Shown here: in pieces, positions 36,026 to 46,052 of the stretch
How positions within the stretch are numbered: the first letter of the stretch is position 1
How the letters are laid out: every line of letters begins with the position of its first letter
Source of the DNA: Candidatus Dormiibacterota bacterium
GTDB taxonomy: Bacteria > Chloroflexota > Dormibacteria > Aeolococcales > Bog-877
Assembly: GCA_963804565.1 (NCBI GenBank)
Contig: CAWDQV010000001.1
Coordinates: 1,045,365 to 1,109,364, forward strand
Length of the DNA: 64,000 nucleotides
Direction of reading: 5' to 3'
Position numbers and translations under genes: made by a program
The notes under the pieces: generated by a model
Seen by the model: only the letters and a program-made list of their open reading frames with translations
What the model was told of the DNA's origin: nothing
Database searches by the model: none

Positions 36026-38366
36026 GCTCAGCCGGTGGTTTCGGGGGCACCCCGGGCCCGAGGCTCCTCCGGGGGTTGACGCCGAGGTGTGGGCCATCTT
36101 CAAGGACCGCGACGGCAATCCTAACCAGGAGCTGCTTCAGGTGGCCGACGAGATCCGGATCAGGCTGCAGGCGCGCCGCGGTGCAGATCCGGACCTCGAA
36201 TTTCAGTCACGTCTTCGGGCAAGCTTGATGATCGAGGCGAGGGCGAACCGCAGTACCGGCAGCCGCCGTCCCCTGCTGGCCCTCCCCAGGCGTGCGGCAG
36301 TAGGGCTCGGTGGATTGGCTGTGGTGGCAGTTGCGGCCATCGCGGTGGTGGCAATCCCGCTTCAGCAGGGCCCGGTCATGGTCCAGGCGCCCGTTGCGGG
36401 CCACCACAAGATCCCAGTGACTCAGGCGATCCGGATCAGCTTCAATCGACCCATGGACGAGGCATCGGTGGTCCACGGTCTGAGCATCAAGCCCGCGGTC
36501 TCGTTCACGGCGAGCTGGCCCAACGCCAAGACGCTGGTGATCTCCCCGGAGCACGGGCTAGCGCCGAACGTGGGCTACGTCGTGACCATCGCCCAGCCGG
36601 ATGCCAAGGCGCAAAACGGGGCCGAGGCGGCGACGGCCATCGTCATCCCCTTCGGCACCGGGTTGACGCCCTCGACTCCTCACGGTCAGATCCCTACGGT
36701 GGTCTCGATCACCCAGGTCGCGGTCACCCAGGGGGTCACGGCGCTCAGCTACATGCCTGACGGAGCACTGTTGCTTCAGAGTTCGGGAATCCCCGTCGTC
36801 ACTCCCTCAAGCACCCCGTCCCCAAGCCCCAGCCCCAGCGCCTCCCCGAGCTTCTCGGTCAGCGCGGGTCCCCGCGCCTCGGGGCTTTCCTTTGGCACCC
36901 TCTACGTAATCAGCACCTCGATGGAACCCGTAGCCACAGACGCGGAGGGCGCGGTCGCTTCCCCAGACAGCCAGGAGATCGCCTACTGGACGCCGGGCAA
37001 CAACGGGACCCTATTGCTGGACGTGGTAGCCGCCAGCGGCAGTGGCACCCCCGAGACGCTGGCGATTTCGGCGGACTCCGACCCAGGACTCGCCTGGGTC
37101 GACAACGGCAACCTCCTCTACTCTGCCGCCGGTCAGCTCCGGGAAGTCAGTCTGGATGGCCAGGTCACCACCGTGTACCCGACAGTGCAGGTCGACCCTA
37201 GCGGATTCTTCTCCTTCTCGCCCTCCTCCCAGGCGATCTACGCCAGCCCCGATGGCACACCCACCGTCTACTCCCTCGCCGGTGGAACGGCGACCGCCCT
37301 GAGCGACTTGGTGGGCACTCCCGCCTGGTCCGCCACGGGTTCTGATCTGGCCTATATCTCGAAGAACGCCGGGACGGAGTCGATCGAGCTGACTACAGAT
37401 CTGGGCGTAGCCAGCACGTCTCTGGTGACCGTGCCCTTGGGAACTCAGTTGAGTGATCTGAGTTTTGATCCCAGCGGCACCTATTTGACCTACGTCTCGA
37501 GCTCCGCCGAACAGTCGCCCCAACTGGACGCCCTCGACATTCAGTCAGAGGTCAGCGGACCCCTTGGAAGCCTGACATCGGTCAGCAACCCGGTCTGGTC
37601 TCCCAGCGGGGACCAGCTCTCTGAGTTGGAGGAGGTGGATAACGGCAGCTCGCAATCGGTCGAGAGTCTGCTCTTGTCCGGCGAACCCCAGCTGCCGGCC
37701 AGCAACAGCTCCGCCGCGGATGCCGCCCTCTCAACGGCCTCCAACCTGGCGCAGTTCCAGGTCGACGACCAGGCTTCATCCTTATCCGGGATCACAGCGC
37801 TGCTGGCACCTGGAACAAACCTCTCACCCTCGGTTCTCCTGCCCGGTAAGTTCGACCGCTTCTACGCTATCTCCAGCACTCCGACCGCCACCGGGTCGAA
37901 CTCTTACACCGTCGACCTCCGCCTGGTCCGAGATGCCACCAGCTCATCCGGGCCCGCCTACCTTCCCGAGACGGTGACCGTGCAGAGCTCCGCGAGCGAT
38001 CCAGAGATCACCGGAATCGTTGCGGGGTCACTCACCCCGATTCCGATTGGTCCGCAGGTGATCAGCGCCTCGGCGGTGACCAAGAGCGACGGCACCACGG
38101 TGTTTGTCATCCACTTTGACTCCGACCTAAATCCGCTCACCGTCGGCCCTCAGTCGACCACGCTCCGTGTCGACGGTGACGTGGTTGCAGGCGCACAGTT
38201 CTACTATTCACCGCTCACCCGCACCGAGGTCGTCACGGTCAACGAACTACCGTCAGGGGCTGTCACTCTGACCGTCGCAGCCCCGCTCGCTGACATTGAC
38301 AACACGGCGATACAGAGTCCGTATCAGGTGGTGCTGCAGCCCGAGCCCGACAGCGGGAATAGCTAG
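36018..38366 (+). CDS. putative membrane-anchored anti-sigma factor with an extracytoplasmic Ig-like domain, Ser/Pro-rich linker, TolB-like beta-propeller and C-terminal Ig-like domains
   Basis: 782 aa. It overlaps the sigma gene by 8 nt. Residues about 1-95 are cytoplasmic, with one TM (LGGLAVVAVAAIAVVAIPL). Then comes an Ig-like module (IRISFNRPMDEASVVHGLSIKP...VVTIA) and a PSSTPSPSPSPSASPS linker. PD40/TolB-like repeats follow (SPDSQEIAYWTP, SPDGTPTVYS, SATGSDLAYIS, DPSGTYLTYVS, SPSGDQLSEL). The C-terminal beta-rich region was read as Ig-like. Confidence 0.7.
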   Translation: MDRLSRWFRGHPGPEAPPGVDAEVWAIFKDRDGNPNQELLQVADEIRIRLQARRGADPDLEFQSRLRASLMIEARANRSTGSRRPLLALPRRAAVGLGGLAVVAVAAIAVVAIPLQQGPVMVQAPVAGHHKIPVTQAIRISFNRPMDEASVVHGLSIKPAVSFTASWPNAKTLVISPEHGLAPNVGYVVTIAQPDAKAQNGAEAATAIVIPFGTGLTPSTPHGQIPTVVSITQVAVTQGVTALSYMPDGALLLQSSGIPVVTPSSTPSPSPSPSASPSFSVSAGPRASGLSFGTLYVISTSMEPVATDAEGAVASPDSQEIAYWTPGNNGTLLLDVVAASGSGTPETLAISADSDPGLAWVDNGNLLYSAAGQLREVSLDGQVTTVYPTVQVDPSGFFSFSPSSQAIYASPDGTPTVYSLAGGTATALSDLVGTPAWSATGSDLAYISKNAGTESIELTTDLGVASTSLVTVPLGTQLSDLSFDPSGTYLTYVSSSAEQSPQLDALDIQSEVSGPLGSLTSVSNPVWSPSGDQLSELEEVDNGSSQSVESLLLSGEPQLPASNSSAADAALSTASNLAQFQVDDQASSLSGITALLAPGTNLSPSVLLPGKFDRFYAISSTPTATGSNSYTVDLRLVRDATSSSGPAYLPETVTVQSSASDPEITGIVAGSLTPIPIGPQVISASAVTKSDGTTVFVIHFDSDLNPLTVGPQSTTLRVDGDVVAGAQFYYSPLTRTEVVTVNELPSGAVTLTVAAPLADIDNTAIQSPYQVVLQPEPDSGNS

Positions 38367-38398
38367 AGATAGTCGCCTGAAACCCTCGGATTGCTGGG

Positions 38399-39850
38399 TT
38401 ATTGTGCAGCGATGACGGCGGCCGCAATAGCCGCCACTTGTCGCGTCTGAGTCGACAAACTTCTCAACGTATCCGGTTGCTGATCGCGCCAAAGCTGTGC
38501 GCGCGGCAGCAGATCCGGGTGGTTTGCGATGTACTCGGTCGTTAGCTTTCCTTCGAGAAAGTCTGTGTCTTCCAGTAGTGCTGCGTGAAACGGAATGTTG
38601 GTGGTGATACCGCTGATCAGATACTCGAACAGCGCGCGGCGTCCCCGCTCCACCGCCTGATTCCGACTGTCCCCGTGGACGATGAGTTTGGCGATCATTG
38701 GATCGTAGTACGGGCTCACGGTTCCGGGACCTGCCAGTGAGCTGTCGACCCTCACGCCGGGGCCGGAGGGTTCGTGGTACGAGGTGACCCGACCCGGGGT
38801 GGGTTGAAAGTCATGCCAGGGGTCCTCGGCGTTGATGCGACACTCGATTGCCCAGCCCCGCCACTGAATCTGCTCCTGGCGCCACGGCAAGGGCTGCTGC
38901 ATCGCGACACGCAGTTGCGCCGCCACCAGGTCAACCCCGGTGACCAGTTCGGTCACAGGGTGTTCCACCTGCAGACGGGTGTTCATCTCGAGGAAGTAGA
39001 ACGAACCGTGCGATTCGATGAACTCCACGGTGCCGGCGTTTACGTAGCCGACGGCTTGGGCGGCCTTGATCGCCGCCTGACCCATCTCCTCGCGAGTCTC
39101 CGCACTGATCGCGGCGGAGGGACATTCCTCAAACAGTTTTTGATGGCGGCGCTGAATCGAGCACTCCCTTTCGCCGAGATGGATCGTGTTACCTAGGGTG
39201 TCAGCCAGCACCTGGATCTCGATGTGCCGTGGGTCGGTCACCAACCGCTCCAGGAAGACGCGCGGGTCCCCGAAGAAGCGCTGGGCCGACTCCTGGCAGC
39301 TGATGAGGGCAGCCTTTAGCTCGTCGTCGTCATGGGCCGCCCGCATCCCGATGCCGCCCCCTCCGGCGGATGCCTTGACCAATATCGGGAACCCGATCTC
39401 GCGGGCTGCCGCAAGCGCCTGCTCCGGGTCGGAGATGGCGTCCGTGCCGGGGACCACCGGGACCCCTGCCTGCTGCATCCGCTGGCGCGCGCGTACCTTG
39501 TCCCCCATCGCTCTCATCGCCTCGGCGGGCGGGCCGATGAAGGTGATGCCGGCAGCGTCGCAGGCCTCTGCCAAGAGTGGGTTCTCGGAGAGGAATCCGT
39601 AGCCGGGGTGAATTGCGTCCGCACTCGACTCCTTGGCTGCGGCGATGATCCTTTCTAAGTCGAGGTAGGACTCGCTTGGCGAAGCGGGTCCGATCTCCAG
39701 AGCGGAGTCGGCCAAGCGGGTATGGAGAGCACCCCGATCGGCTTCCGAGTAAACGGCGACGGAGCGCAGGCCGAGGTCGCGGCAGCCCCTGATCACCCGG
39801 ACGGCGATTTCGCCCCGGTTCGCGACCAGAACCGTCCCGAAGGAGCTCAT
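38399..39850 (-). CDS. biotin carboxylase subunit (PycA/AccC-type)
   Basis: 483 aa. VLVANRGEIAVRVIR, an ATP-grasp domain and a biotin-carboxylase C-terminal domain. It is paired with the carboxyltransferase/biotinyl subunit immediately upstream. Confidence 0.9.
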   Translation of the reverse strand: MSSFGTVLVANRGEIAVRVIRGCRDLGLRSVAVYSEADRGALHTRLADSALEIGPASPSESYLDLERIIAAAKESSADAIHPGYGFLSENPLLAEACDAAGITFIGPPAEAMRAMGDKVRARQRMQQAGVPVVPGTDAISDPEQALAAAREIGFPILVKASAGGGGIGMRAAHDDDELKAALISCQESAQRFFGDPRVFLERLVTDPRHIEIQVLADTLGNTIHLGERECSIQRRHQKLFEECPSAAISAETREEMGQAAIKAAQAVGYVNAGTVEFIESHGSFYFLEMNTRLQVEHPVTELVTGVDLVAAQLRVAMQQPLPWRQEQIQWRGWAIECRINAEDPWHDFQPTPGRVTSYHEPSGPGVRVDSSLAGPGTVSPYYDPMIAKLIVHGDSRNQAVERGRRALFEYLISGITTNIPFHAALLEDTDFLEGKLTTEYIANHPDLLPRAQLWRDQQPDTLRSLSTQTRQVAAIAAAVIAAQ

Positions 39851-39858
39851 CTCGATGT

Positions 39859-41718
39859 CTAGCCGACCTGGACCAGGACGTCACCCCGGCTGACCACCTG
39901 ACCCTCGGAGACCAGCACCGCGGTGACGACGCCGGCCCGGTCGGAGGGGATGTCGTTCTGCATCTTCATCGCCTCCAGCACCACCACGGTCTGACCCACC
40001 ACCACCTGGTCACCGACCTTGATCGGAATCCGGGCGATCAGCCCCTGCATCGGTGCCTTGACGCCCTCACGCGCGGTCAATGGGCCTGCTCCAGCCGCCG
40101 GGGCGGCGGCTTCTCCCCCGAGTGCACCGCCGTCGGCGGCGGTCACCCTCACCTGGAAGACCTCGCCATCGACCTCCACCGAGAACTCTCGCGCCGAGGC
40201 TGCCGGGGTCGACGGTGGAGTCTGAGTCTCCTCTGCCGGTGGGAGTTGAGGCGGCGGCAGGGGTATGGCGGCAGCGTCGCCCACCGGCTCGCTGAGGTCC
40301 CCTCCGTCGACCAAGGCCGAGGGCGCGGGAGGAGGGGGCGCCGGTTCTGGCTCGTCGTCCAGCCGCTCCACCCGGGCCTCGCCGCGGAGCAACGCGGCAG
40401 TGGCGTCTGGAAAAAGCAGGAAGTCGAGCAGCTGGGCATCGGTAGCCTTCGGCCATCCCTGTCGCGCCAGTGTTCGACGAGCCCCGTCGAGCGCTGGCTC
40501 CAGCACCTCCGCGGGCCGCAGTGTGATCGGCACTTCGTCCCGGATCACCAGCTTTTGGATCTCCGGATCGACCGGACCCGGAGGCTGGCCGAAGAGGCCG
40601 AGGAAGTAATCCTTGACCTCCTGGGCAACAGTCAGGTACCGCTGGCCCGAGGCGACGTTGGCGACCGCCTGGGTCACCACCACCTGGGCGATCGGGGTGA
40701 TCAGAGGTGGATATCCCATCTCGGCCCTGACCCGAGGGATCTCCTCTAGGACCGCGGCCAACTTGGCCTGAGCCCCCTGGATCTCGCACTCCCGGCGCAG
40801 GTGCTCCAGAACCGAGGGGGCTAGCTGGGTTCTGAGGGTCGAGGAGTCGTATTGCCAGCCGGCCGGGTCGGCGATCGAACGGTAGAGCGGCATCAGATCG
40901 TCGAGGGCGTCGGCGGCGGCCAGGATGAGCCGCTCGTCCAGCCGTGGCTGGAGGTCCGTCCCCCTGAGAGCGGCGAAAACGCCCTCCGTGCTGGGAAGCG
41001 AGGCTCCTCCCGCAAGGGGTGAGAGGCAGACGTCGAGGTTCTGGGCTCCGGCCTCTGCAGCAGCCAGGTAGGCGAAGGATGCCTGGCCGGTGATGGTGGC
41101 GCAGTGGACACTCACCGGCAGCTTGGTGCGTTTGCGCAAGCCTTCGACCAGGGCCCGAGCCGATCCGGCTCCGAGCAACCCGGCGGGGTCGAAGAGACAG
41201 AGGCTGCGGTACCCGATCGCGGCCAGCTCGGCACCCAGTCCGATGAAGCTCTCCACCGAGTGGACCGGGCTCTCGGTGTACACCAGGGTTCCCTCGGGAT
41301 GCTTGCCGGACGCCAGCACTGCCTCCGCCATCCGGGCCAGGTTGCGCGGGTCGTTGAGCGGGTCGAAGCAGCGGAAAACGTCGAGTCCGCAATCAGCCGT
41401 GACAGCCACGAAGAGGTCCACCGCGTCGTCGGGGAGCGGACGATACCCAACTAGCGTCTGTCCCCTGATCAACCCCACCAGCGGAGTCTTGGTGTGGGCC
41501 CGTATGGCTCGGAGCCTCTCGAAAGGGTCCTCCCCGAGGTGTTCCAATGACACCTCGAAAGTGGCCCCGCCGAAAACGTCCAAGCCAGCGTACCCACACG
41601 CATCCAGTAGCTCAAGAAGCGGGATGAGGTGTCGAGTTCGCACTCGGCTCAGGAGCAAGGTCTGCTGCCCGTGCCGCAGCGAGCTCTCGATCAGTCCGAT
41701 CGGCGCCATGAACTGCAA
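39859..41718 (-). CDS. pyruvate carboxylase subunit B / oxaloacetate decarboxylase alpha-type carboxyltransferase with a C-terminal biotinyl domain
   Basis: 619 aa. A 5S-type carboxyltransferase TIM-barrel N-domain (DAVDLFVAVTADCGLDVFRCFDPLND), a Pro/Ala-rich linker, and a biotinyl domain with EAMKMQN. Confidence 0.85.
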   Translation of the reverse strand: MQFMAPIGLIESSLRHGQQTLLLSRVRTRHLIPLLELLDACGYAGLDVFGGATFEVSLEHLGEDPFERLRAIRAHTKTPLVGLIRGQTLVGYRPLPDDAVDLFVAVTADCGLDVFRCFDPLNDPRNLARMAEAVLASGKHPEGTLVYTESPVHSVESFIGLGAELAAIGYRSLCLFDPAGLLGAGSARALVEGLRKRTKLPVSVHCATITGQASFAYLAAAEAGAQNLDVCLSPLAGGASLPSTEGVFAALRGTDLQPRLDERLILAAADALDDLMPLYRSIADPAGWQYDSSTLRTQLAPSVLEHLRRECEIQGAQAKLAAVLEEIPRVRAEMGYPPLITPIAQVVVTQAVANVASGQRYLTVAQEVKDYFLGLFGQPPGPVDPEIQKLVIRDEVPITLRPAEVLEPALDGARRTLARQGWPKATDAQLLDFLLFPDATAALLRGEARVERLDDEPEPAPPPPAPSALVDGGDLSEPVGDAAAIPLPPPQLPPAEETQTPPSTPAASAREFSVEVDGEVFQVRVTAADGGALGGEAAAPAAGAGPLTAREGVKAPMQGLIARIPIKVGDQVVVGQTVVVLEAMKMQNDIPSDRAGVVTAVLVSEGQVVSRGDVLVQVG

Positions 41719-41773
41719 AGGGTAACGGGAGGGATGCTCGGGGCGCGAACTCCAGGCACCAGCTACCTCCCGC

Positions 41774-42703
41774 TCAAGCCTCTCCGGAGGGTTCCTCGAG
41801 CGGTGCAGGATTGCCTTCAGCGGAGCTGCTTACGGTCGGCTGACCGACCGCCGCGAGGAGCTCCGCCAAGGACGATCGGGAGGGCTGTTCGTGGAAGCGC
41901 GCCAGCCGGTCGTAGACCTCGGCTGCAGCCCGGTGAAACCCGCCAGGAATTGATACCGCCTCCAGGGTCTCGGCGATCTGCTCCATCTCCGGAACAAACC
42001 GCCAGGCCTTGGCCGGCGTCGAGCTGGTGATCTGGGCGATCCGGTTGGCGAGACCTGGCTGAGACAGCGCCCACTCGGCGAGTAGCGCATCCTCGATCCC
42101 CATCGATGTGGCTGCCGCCCGGATGGCTATCAGCATCGCTGTCGTCCCCTTGGTCCAAGCCGCGTAGCACATCTTGAGCGAGGATGCGGCTCCCATCAGG
42201 CCCTCCAGCGGGATCGCCGCGAGCCGGTCACTCCCCTGGAATAGCGCCGCCACTGCGCCAGCGTCTGGTCCGGATAGATAAAGACGGGTCCCCCCGCCTG
42301 GCTCCGGCGGACCGCCGATGATGGCCCCGTCGACGAACTTGGCGCCGCTTGCAACGATGACTTCCTCGATCTGGCTGGAGCTCTTTGGGGAGATCGCGTT
42401 GGCGTCGACAAAGATGCCCACCAGGCCGTGCTCCGCGACTTCCCCAGCCACTCGGGAAGCCACGTGGGGTGGGCAGATGGAGAGGACAACAGAGCTTCCA
42501 GCCAGCAACTCGGACAGGCTCGCCGCCTCGGTGAGCCCAGCCGCCTCCGCTCGGGAGCGGGTGTCTCGACTGCGGCCCGCACCAATCCACAGAACCTCCG
42601 AGCCGAGGCTGCGGAGTGCCGCCCCGACCGCGGCACCCATCTCCCCGGGGTGCAGTACGCCGACTACAGGTCTCCCGGGATCCGTCCGTGGACCGCGACT
42701 CAA
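41774..42703 (-). CDS. NAD(P)-binding oxidoreductase, DUF1932 / 6-phosphogluconate-dehydrogenase-like
   Basis: Rossmann motif VGVLHPGEMGAAVGAAL. The C-terminal helical domain is typical of DUF1932 proteins. Confidence 0.6.
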   Translation of the reverse strand: MSRGPRTDPGRPVVGVLHPGEMGAAVGAALRSLGSEVLWIGAGRSRDTRSRAEAAGLTEAASLSELLAGSSVVLSICPPHVASRVAGEVAEHGLVGIFVDANAISPKSSSQIEEVIVASGAKFVDGAIIGGPPEPGGGTRLYLSGPDAGAVAALFQGSDRLAAIPLEGLMGAASSLKMCYAAWTKGTTAMLIAIRAAATSMGIEDALLAEWALSQPGLANRIAQITSSTPAKAWRFVPEMEQIAETLEAVSIPGGFHRAAAEVYDRLARFHEQPSRSSLAELLAAVGQPTVSSSAEGNPAPLEEPSGEA

Positions 42704-42710
42704 CGTCCGA

Positions 42711-43097
42711 CTAGCGACGCAACCGCGACTGGCAGTCGACGCAGCGGGTTGCCCAAGGAAGGACCTCCAGCCGGGCTTGCGGGATCGGTCCGTGACAACC
42801 GTCGCATAGGCCGTAGCTTCCGGCGTCCAGCTTGAGAAGTGCCGCTCTCACCTCCTCCACCAGCCGTTCCAGCTCACCCGCGGTGCGGGACCGAGCCATC
42901 CGATCCGCCGCCTCGGCAACGTGATCTCCGGCGCGCTTTCCGTACTGAACCTGGGTGCCCGGCTCCGGCGCGGAGACAGCGAGCGATGACTCCTCAGCCG
43001 ACAGCTGGCTGAGCTTGGCGATCAGCAGGTCGCGGACCTGCCGATTTTCGCGGTCGGTTGCAGCGGCGGACGGAGTCGCGTCCGGCAATCGGAGCAC
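42711..43097 (-). CDS. DksA/TraR-family C4-type zinc-finger protein
   Basis: C-terminal CDGCHGPIPQARLEVLPWATRCVDC four-Cys zinc finger preceded by a coiled-coil region. Confidence 0.8.
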   Translation of the reverse strand: MLRLPDATPSAAATDRENRQVRDLLIAKLSQLSAEESSLAVSAPEPGTQVQYGKRAGDHVAEAADRMARSRTAGELERLVEEVRAALLKLDAGSYGLCDGCHGPIPQARLEVLPWATRCVDCQSRLRR

Positions 43098-43154
43098 CTC
43101 GATGAAAGCGTTGGTCGTGACCAGGGTGGGCCGACTCGCAGGCAGCAGCCCAGG

Positions 43155-44405
43155 TCAGGCGCCGATATCGTGACGGTACCTCATCCCGGGAAAGCTGATC
43201 GCGGCCATCCCGGCGTAAGCCCGGCGCCGGGCCACTTCGCGGTCCTCGCCCAGCGCCGTGCAGATCAGCACCCGCCCGCCGGCCACCTCGACTGCCCCTT
43301 CTGGAGAAACCCTGGTCCCCATCTGGAACACCAGGCAGCCCAGTTTCTCGGCCGCTTCGATACCGAGAACCTGGCCTCCCGCGTCGATCGCGGCCGGGTA
43401 GGGTTCCTTCGAGGCCACGACTCCAACGCAGGCCTGGGTCAGCGGCTCGGGGTCGGCCTCAGCGAGCTGGCCTGTCGCGCTCTGCCATAGCAGGGGCACC
43501 GGGTCCGGCAGCAGCGGCAGCTGAACCTCCGTCTCAGGATCGCCAAACCGGGCGTTGAACTCGAGCACCTGGATCTGATCTCCTGTCAGCATGGCGCCGA
43601 CGTAAAGGCAGCCGCGGTAGGGCGTACCCAGGCGACGCATCTCCACCAAGGTCGGCTCCACGACCTCCTGGCGAACTCGCTGATTGAGTCGGCGCCAGCC
43701 CGCCGAAGGCGATGGCACGCAGCTCCCCATGCCTCCAGTGTTGGCTCCTTGGTCCTGATCAAAGGCCCTCTTGTAGTCCCGAGCAGGCGGAAGCATCACC
43801 GCTGACTCGCCATCGCAGATGGCGAAGAAGGACGCCTCCTCTCCCTGCACGCAGTCTTCGATCAGGACCCGATCGCCGGCGGCACCCAACTCCCGCCGGA
43901 CCAGCAGCAGCTCCAGCGCGTCGGTGGCCTCCTCAGCGGTGGTGCATACGAATGCTCCTTTGCCCAATGCCAGCCCATCCGCCTTAACCACCACTGGCGC
44001 CCCCCGCTCGCTCAGGTGCGCCATGGCGAGCTTGTGATCCTCGAAGAAACTGAAGGCGGGAGTGGCGACTCCTGCGCGCTGCATCAACTGCTTGGCAAAA
44101 ACCTTGCTGCTCTCCAGTCGCCCAGCGTCGCGGCCAGGGCCGAAACAGGGGATTCCGGCGGCCCGCAGCTCGTCTCCGACCCCTGCCGCCACAGCCGCGT
44201 CCGGGCCCAGCACCACCAGATCGACCTTCTGCGCCAGCGCCAGGGCCACAATCCCCGCGCTATCGGTGGCGGCGACAGCGTGGTTCAGTCCCACCAAGCG
44301 CGTTCCGGCGTTGCCAGGTGCGCAGCTCACCCGAGCGACCAGAGGACTCCTGCCGCAGGCCCAGGCGAGGGCGTGCTCCCGGCCGCCACCTCCCACCACC
44401 AGCAC
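43155..44405 (-). CDS. purD: phosphoribosylamine-glycine ligase PurD
   Basis: MLVVGGGGREHALAW N-terminus and an ATP-grasp fold. 416 aa. Confidence 0.9.
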   Translation of the reverse strand: MLVVGGGGREHALAWACGRSPLVARVSCAPGNAGTRLVGLNHAVAATDSAGIVALALAQKVDLVVLGPDAAVAAGVGDELRAAGIPCFGPGRDAGRLESSKVFAKQLMQRAGVATPAFSFFEDHKLAMAHLSERGAPVVVKADGLALGKGAFVCTTAEEATDALELLLVRRELGAAGDRVLIEDCVQGEEASFFAICDGESAVMLPPARDYKRAFDQDQGANTGGMGSCVPSPSAGWRRLNQRVRQEVVEPTLVEMRRLGTPYRGCLYVGAMLTGDQIQVLEFNARFGDPETEVQLPLLPDPVPLLWQSATGQLAEADPEPLTQACVGVVASKEPYPAAIDAGGQVLGIEAAEKLGCLVFQMGTRVSPEGAVEVAGGRVLICTALGEDREVARRRAYAGMAAISFPGMRYRHDIGA

Positions 44406-44435
44406 TTGAAGCCCGCGGCTAAGTGTGGGTCCCGG

Positions 44436-46031
44436 TCACTCCCACTCGATGGTCGAGGGCGGCTTGCTGCTGATGTCGTAGACCACCCGGTTGACCCCCG
44501 GAACCTCGTTGACGATGCGCCGGCTGATGTCCGAGAGCACGTCATAGGGGACCCGCGCCCAGTCGGCCGTCATCCCGTCATCGGACTGGACGATCCGAAC
44601 CGCCACCACGTTGGCGTAGGTTCGGAAGTCACCCATGACCCCGACGCTGCTGATCGGCGTCAGAATCGCGAAGCTCTGCCAGACCCGGTGGTAGAGGCCA
44701 CTGCGCTTGATCTCGTCGATGACCACCCAGTCGGCACTCCTAACCGTCTCGAGCCGCTCCCTGGTGACCTCCCCGATGATTCTTATCGCCAGCCCCGGCC
44801 CTGGAAAGGGCTGTCGCTGGATCACATCGTCGGGCATCCCCAGCGCCCGTCCCACACGGCGCACTTCGTCCTTGAATAGATAGCGGAGCGGCTCCACCAG
44901 GGCGAAGCGCATGCCCTCCGGCAGCCCACCCACGTTGTGGTGGGTCTTGATCTTGTGGGCACCGAAAGTATCTGCCGCGGTGCTCTCGATGACGTCGGGG
45001 TAGAGCGTGCCCTGGGCCAGGAAAGGCACCCCGCCCAGCCGGCGCGTCTCCTCCTCGAAGGCCGTGATGAACTCGCGCCCCACGATCCGCCGCTTCTCCT
45101 CGGGGTCGATCACCCCCCTGAGAGCGCGCAGGAACCGCTCCTCGGCCTCTACGCGGATGATCTTCATCCGCATGCTCCGGCCCAGCGCCTCGATTACCCG
45201 GTCACCCTCACCGCGGCGGAGCAGCCCGTTGTCGACGAAGACACAGGTGAGCTGATCTCCCACAGCCCGGTGAACCAGGGTCGCCGCCACCGCCGAGTCG
45301 ACTCCCCCTGAGAGGGCACAGATGACCTGCTCCCCGCCGACCTTCTCCCGGATCTCCTGAACCGCCTGATCCACGAAGCTCTCGGCCGCCCAGCCGCCGC
45401 TGCAGGCGCAGGTCCCGTAGAGGAAGTTGCGCAGCATCTCCGTGCCCTGGGGGGTGTGGGCCACCTCGGGGTGGAACTGGATGCCGATGCGGCCACCCGG
45501 CCCGGACATCGCGGCGATGGGGCTGTTCACGGTGTGGGCCACCGACCTGAAGCCGGTGGGCAGTTGCTCGATGACGTCGCCGTGGCTCATCCAAACCGAC
45601 ATCTCGGTGGGAAGTCCGGCGAACACCCCGTCCCCGCTGTCGACGACCACCGAGGCTAGGCCGTACTCCCGTCGTTGGGAGGGCTTGACCCGGCCGCCGA
45701 GGTCGTTGGCTAGAAGCTGCATCCCGTAGCAGATGCCCAGGATGGGGATGCCCAACTGGTAGATGGCGGGGTCGGGGCGGAGAGCTCCCTCGTCGTAGAC
45801 GCTGGATGGTCCCCCGCTCAAGATGAGTCCGCGGGGGTGCCGACGGGCGATCTCGCTGGCCGGGGCCGTGCCGGCGATCAACTCGCAGTAGACGTTGAGC
45901 TCACGGATCCGCCGGGCGATCAGCTGGCTGTACTGCGACCCAAAATCGAGGACCAAGACGGTGTCAGTCCCGGCGGCCGGTCCGAGCTGGGGCCCGGCCG
46001 GACTAGAGGGTGGGAGGGCGGTGGTGGTCAT
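44436..46031 (-). CDS. guaA: GMP synthase (glutamine-hydrolysing) GuaA
   Basis: GATase domain ([20 protein letters not shown]...ICYGMQ), a PP-loop ATP pyrophosphatase ([10 protein letters not shown]) and a GMP-synthase C-terminal domain. 531 aa. Confidence 0.95.
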   Translation of the reverse strand: MTTTALPPSSPAGPQLGPAAGTDTVLVLDFGSQYSQLIARRIRELNVYCELIAGTAPASEIARRHPRGLILSGGPSSVYDEGALRPDPAIYQLGIPILGICYGMQLLANDLGGRVKPSQRREYGLASVVVDSGDGVFAGLPTEMSVWMSHGDVIEQLPTGFRSVAHTVNSPIAAMSGPGGRIGIQFHPEVAHTPQGTEMLRNFLYGTCACSGGWAAESFVDQAVQEIREKVGGEQVICALSGGVDSAVAATLVHRAVGDQLTCVFVDNGLLRRGEGDRVIEALGRSMRMKIIRVEAEERFLRALRGVIDPEEKRRIVGREFITAFEEETRRLGGVPFLAQGTLYPDVIESTAADTFGAHKIKTHHNVGGLPEGMRFALVEPLRYLFKDEVRRVGRALGMPDDVIQRQPFPGPGLAIRIIGEVTRERLETVRSADWVVIDEIKRSGLYHRVWQSFAILTPISSVGVMGDFRTYANVVAVRIVQSDDGMTADWARVPYDVLSDISRRIVNEVPGVNRVVYDISSKPPSTIEWE

Positions 46032-46052
46032 CCTGGCCTCCCAAACCTCACC

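Noticed and set aside
40067-41392. 441-aa minus-strand ORF inside the pyruvate carboxylase B-subunit gene (other frame)
   Set aside because: It is an alternative frame of a well-supported carboxyltransferase gene, and the product is Arg/Pro/Gly-rich junk. The same reasoning rejects other long antisense or off-frame ORFs, for example 5293-6114, 31815-32591, 29624-30724, 48155-48715, 53976-54452 and 57348-58607.
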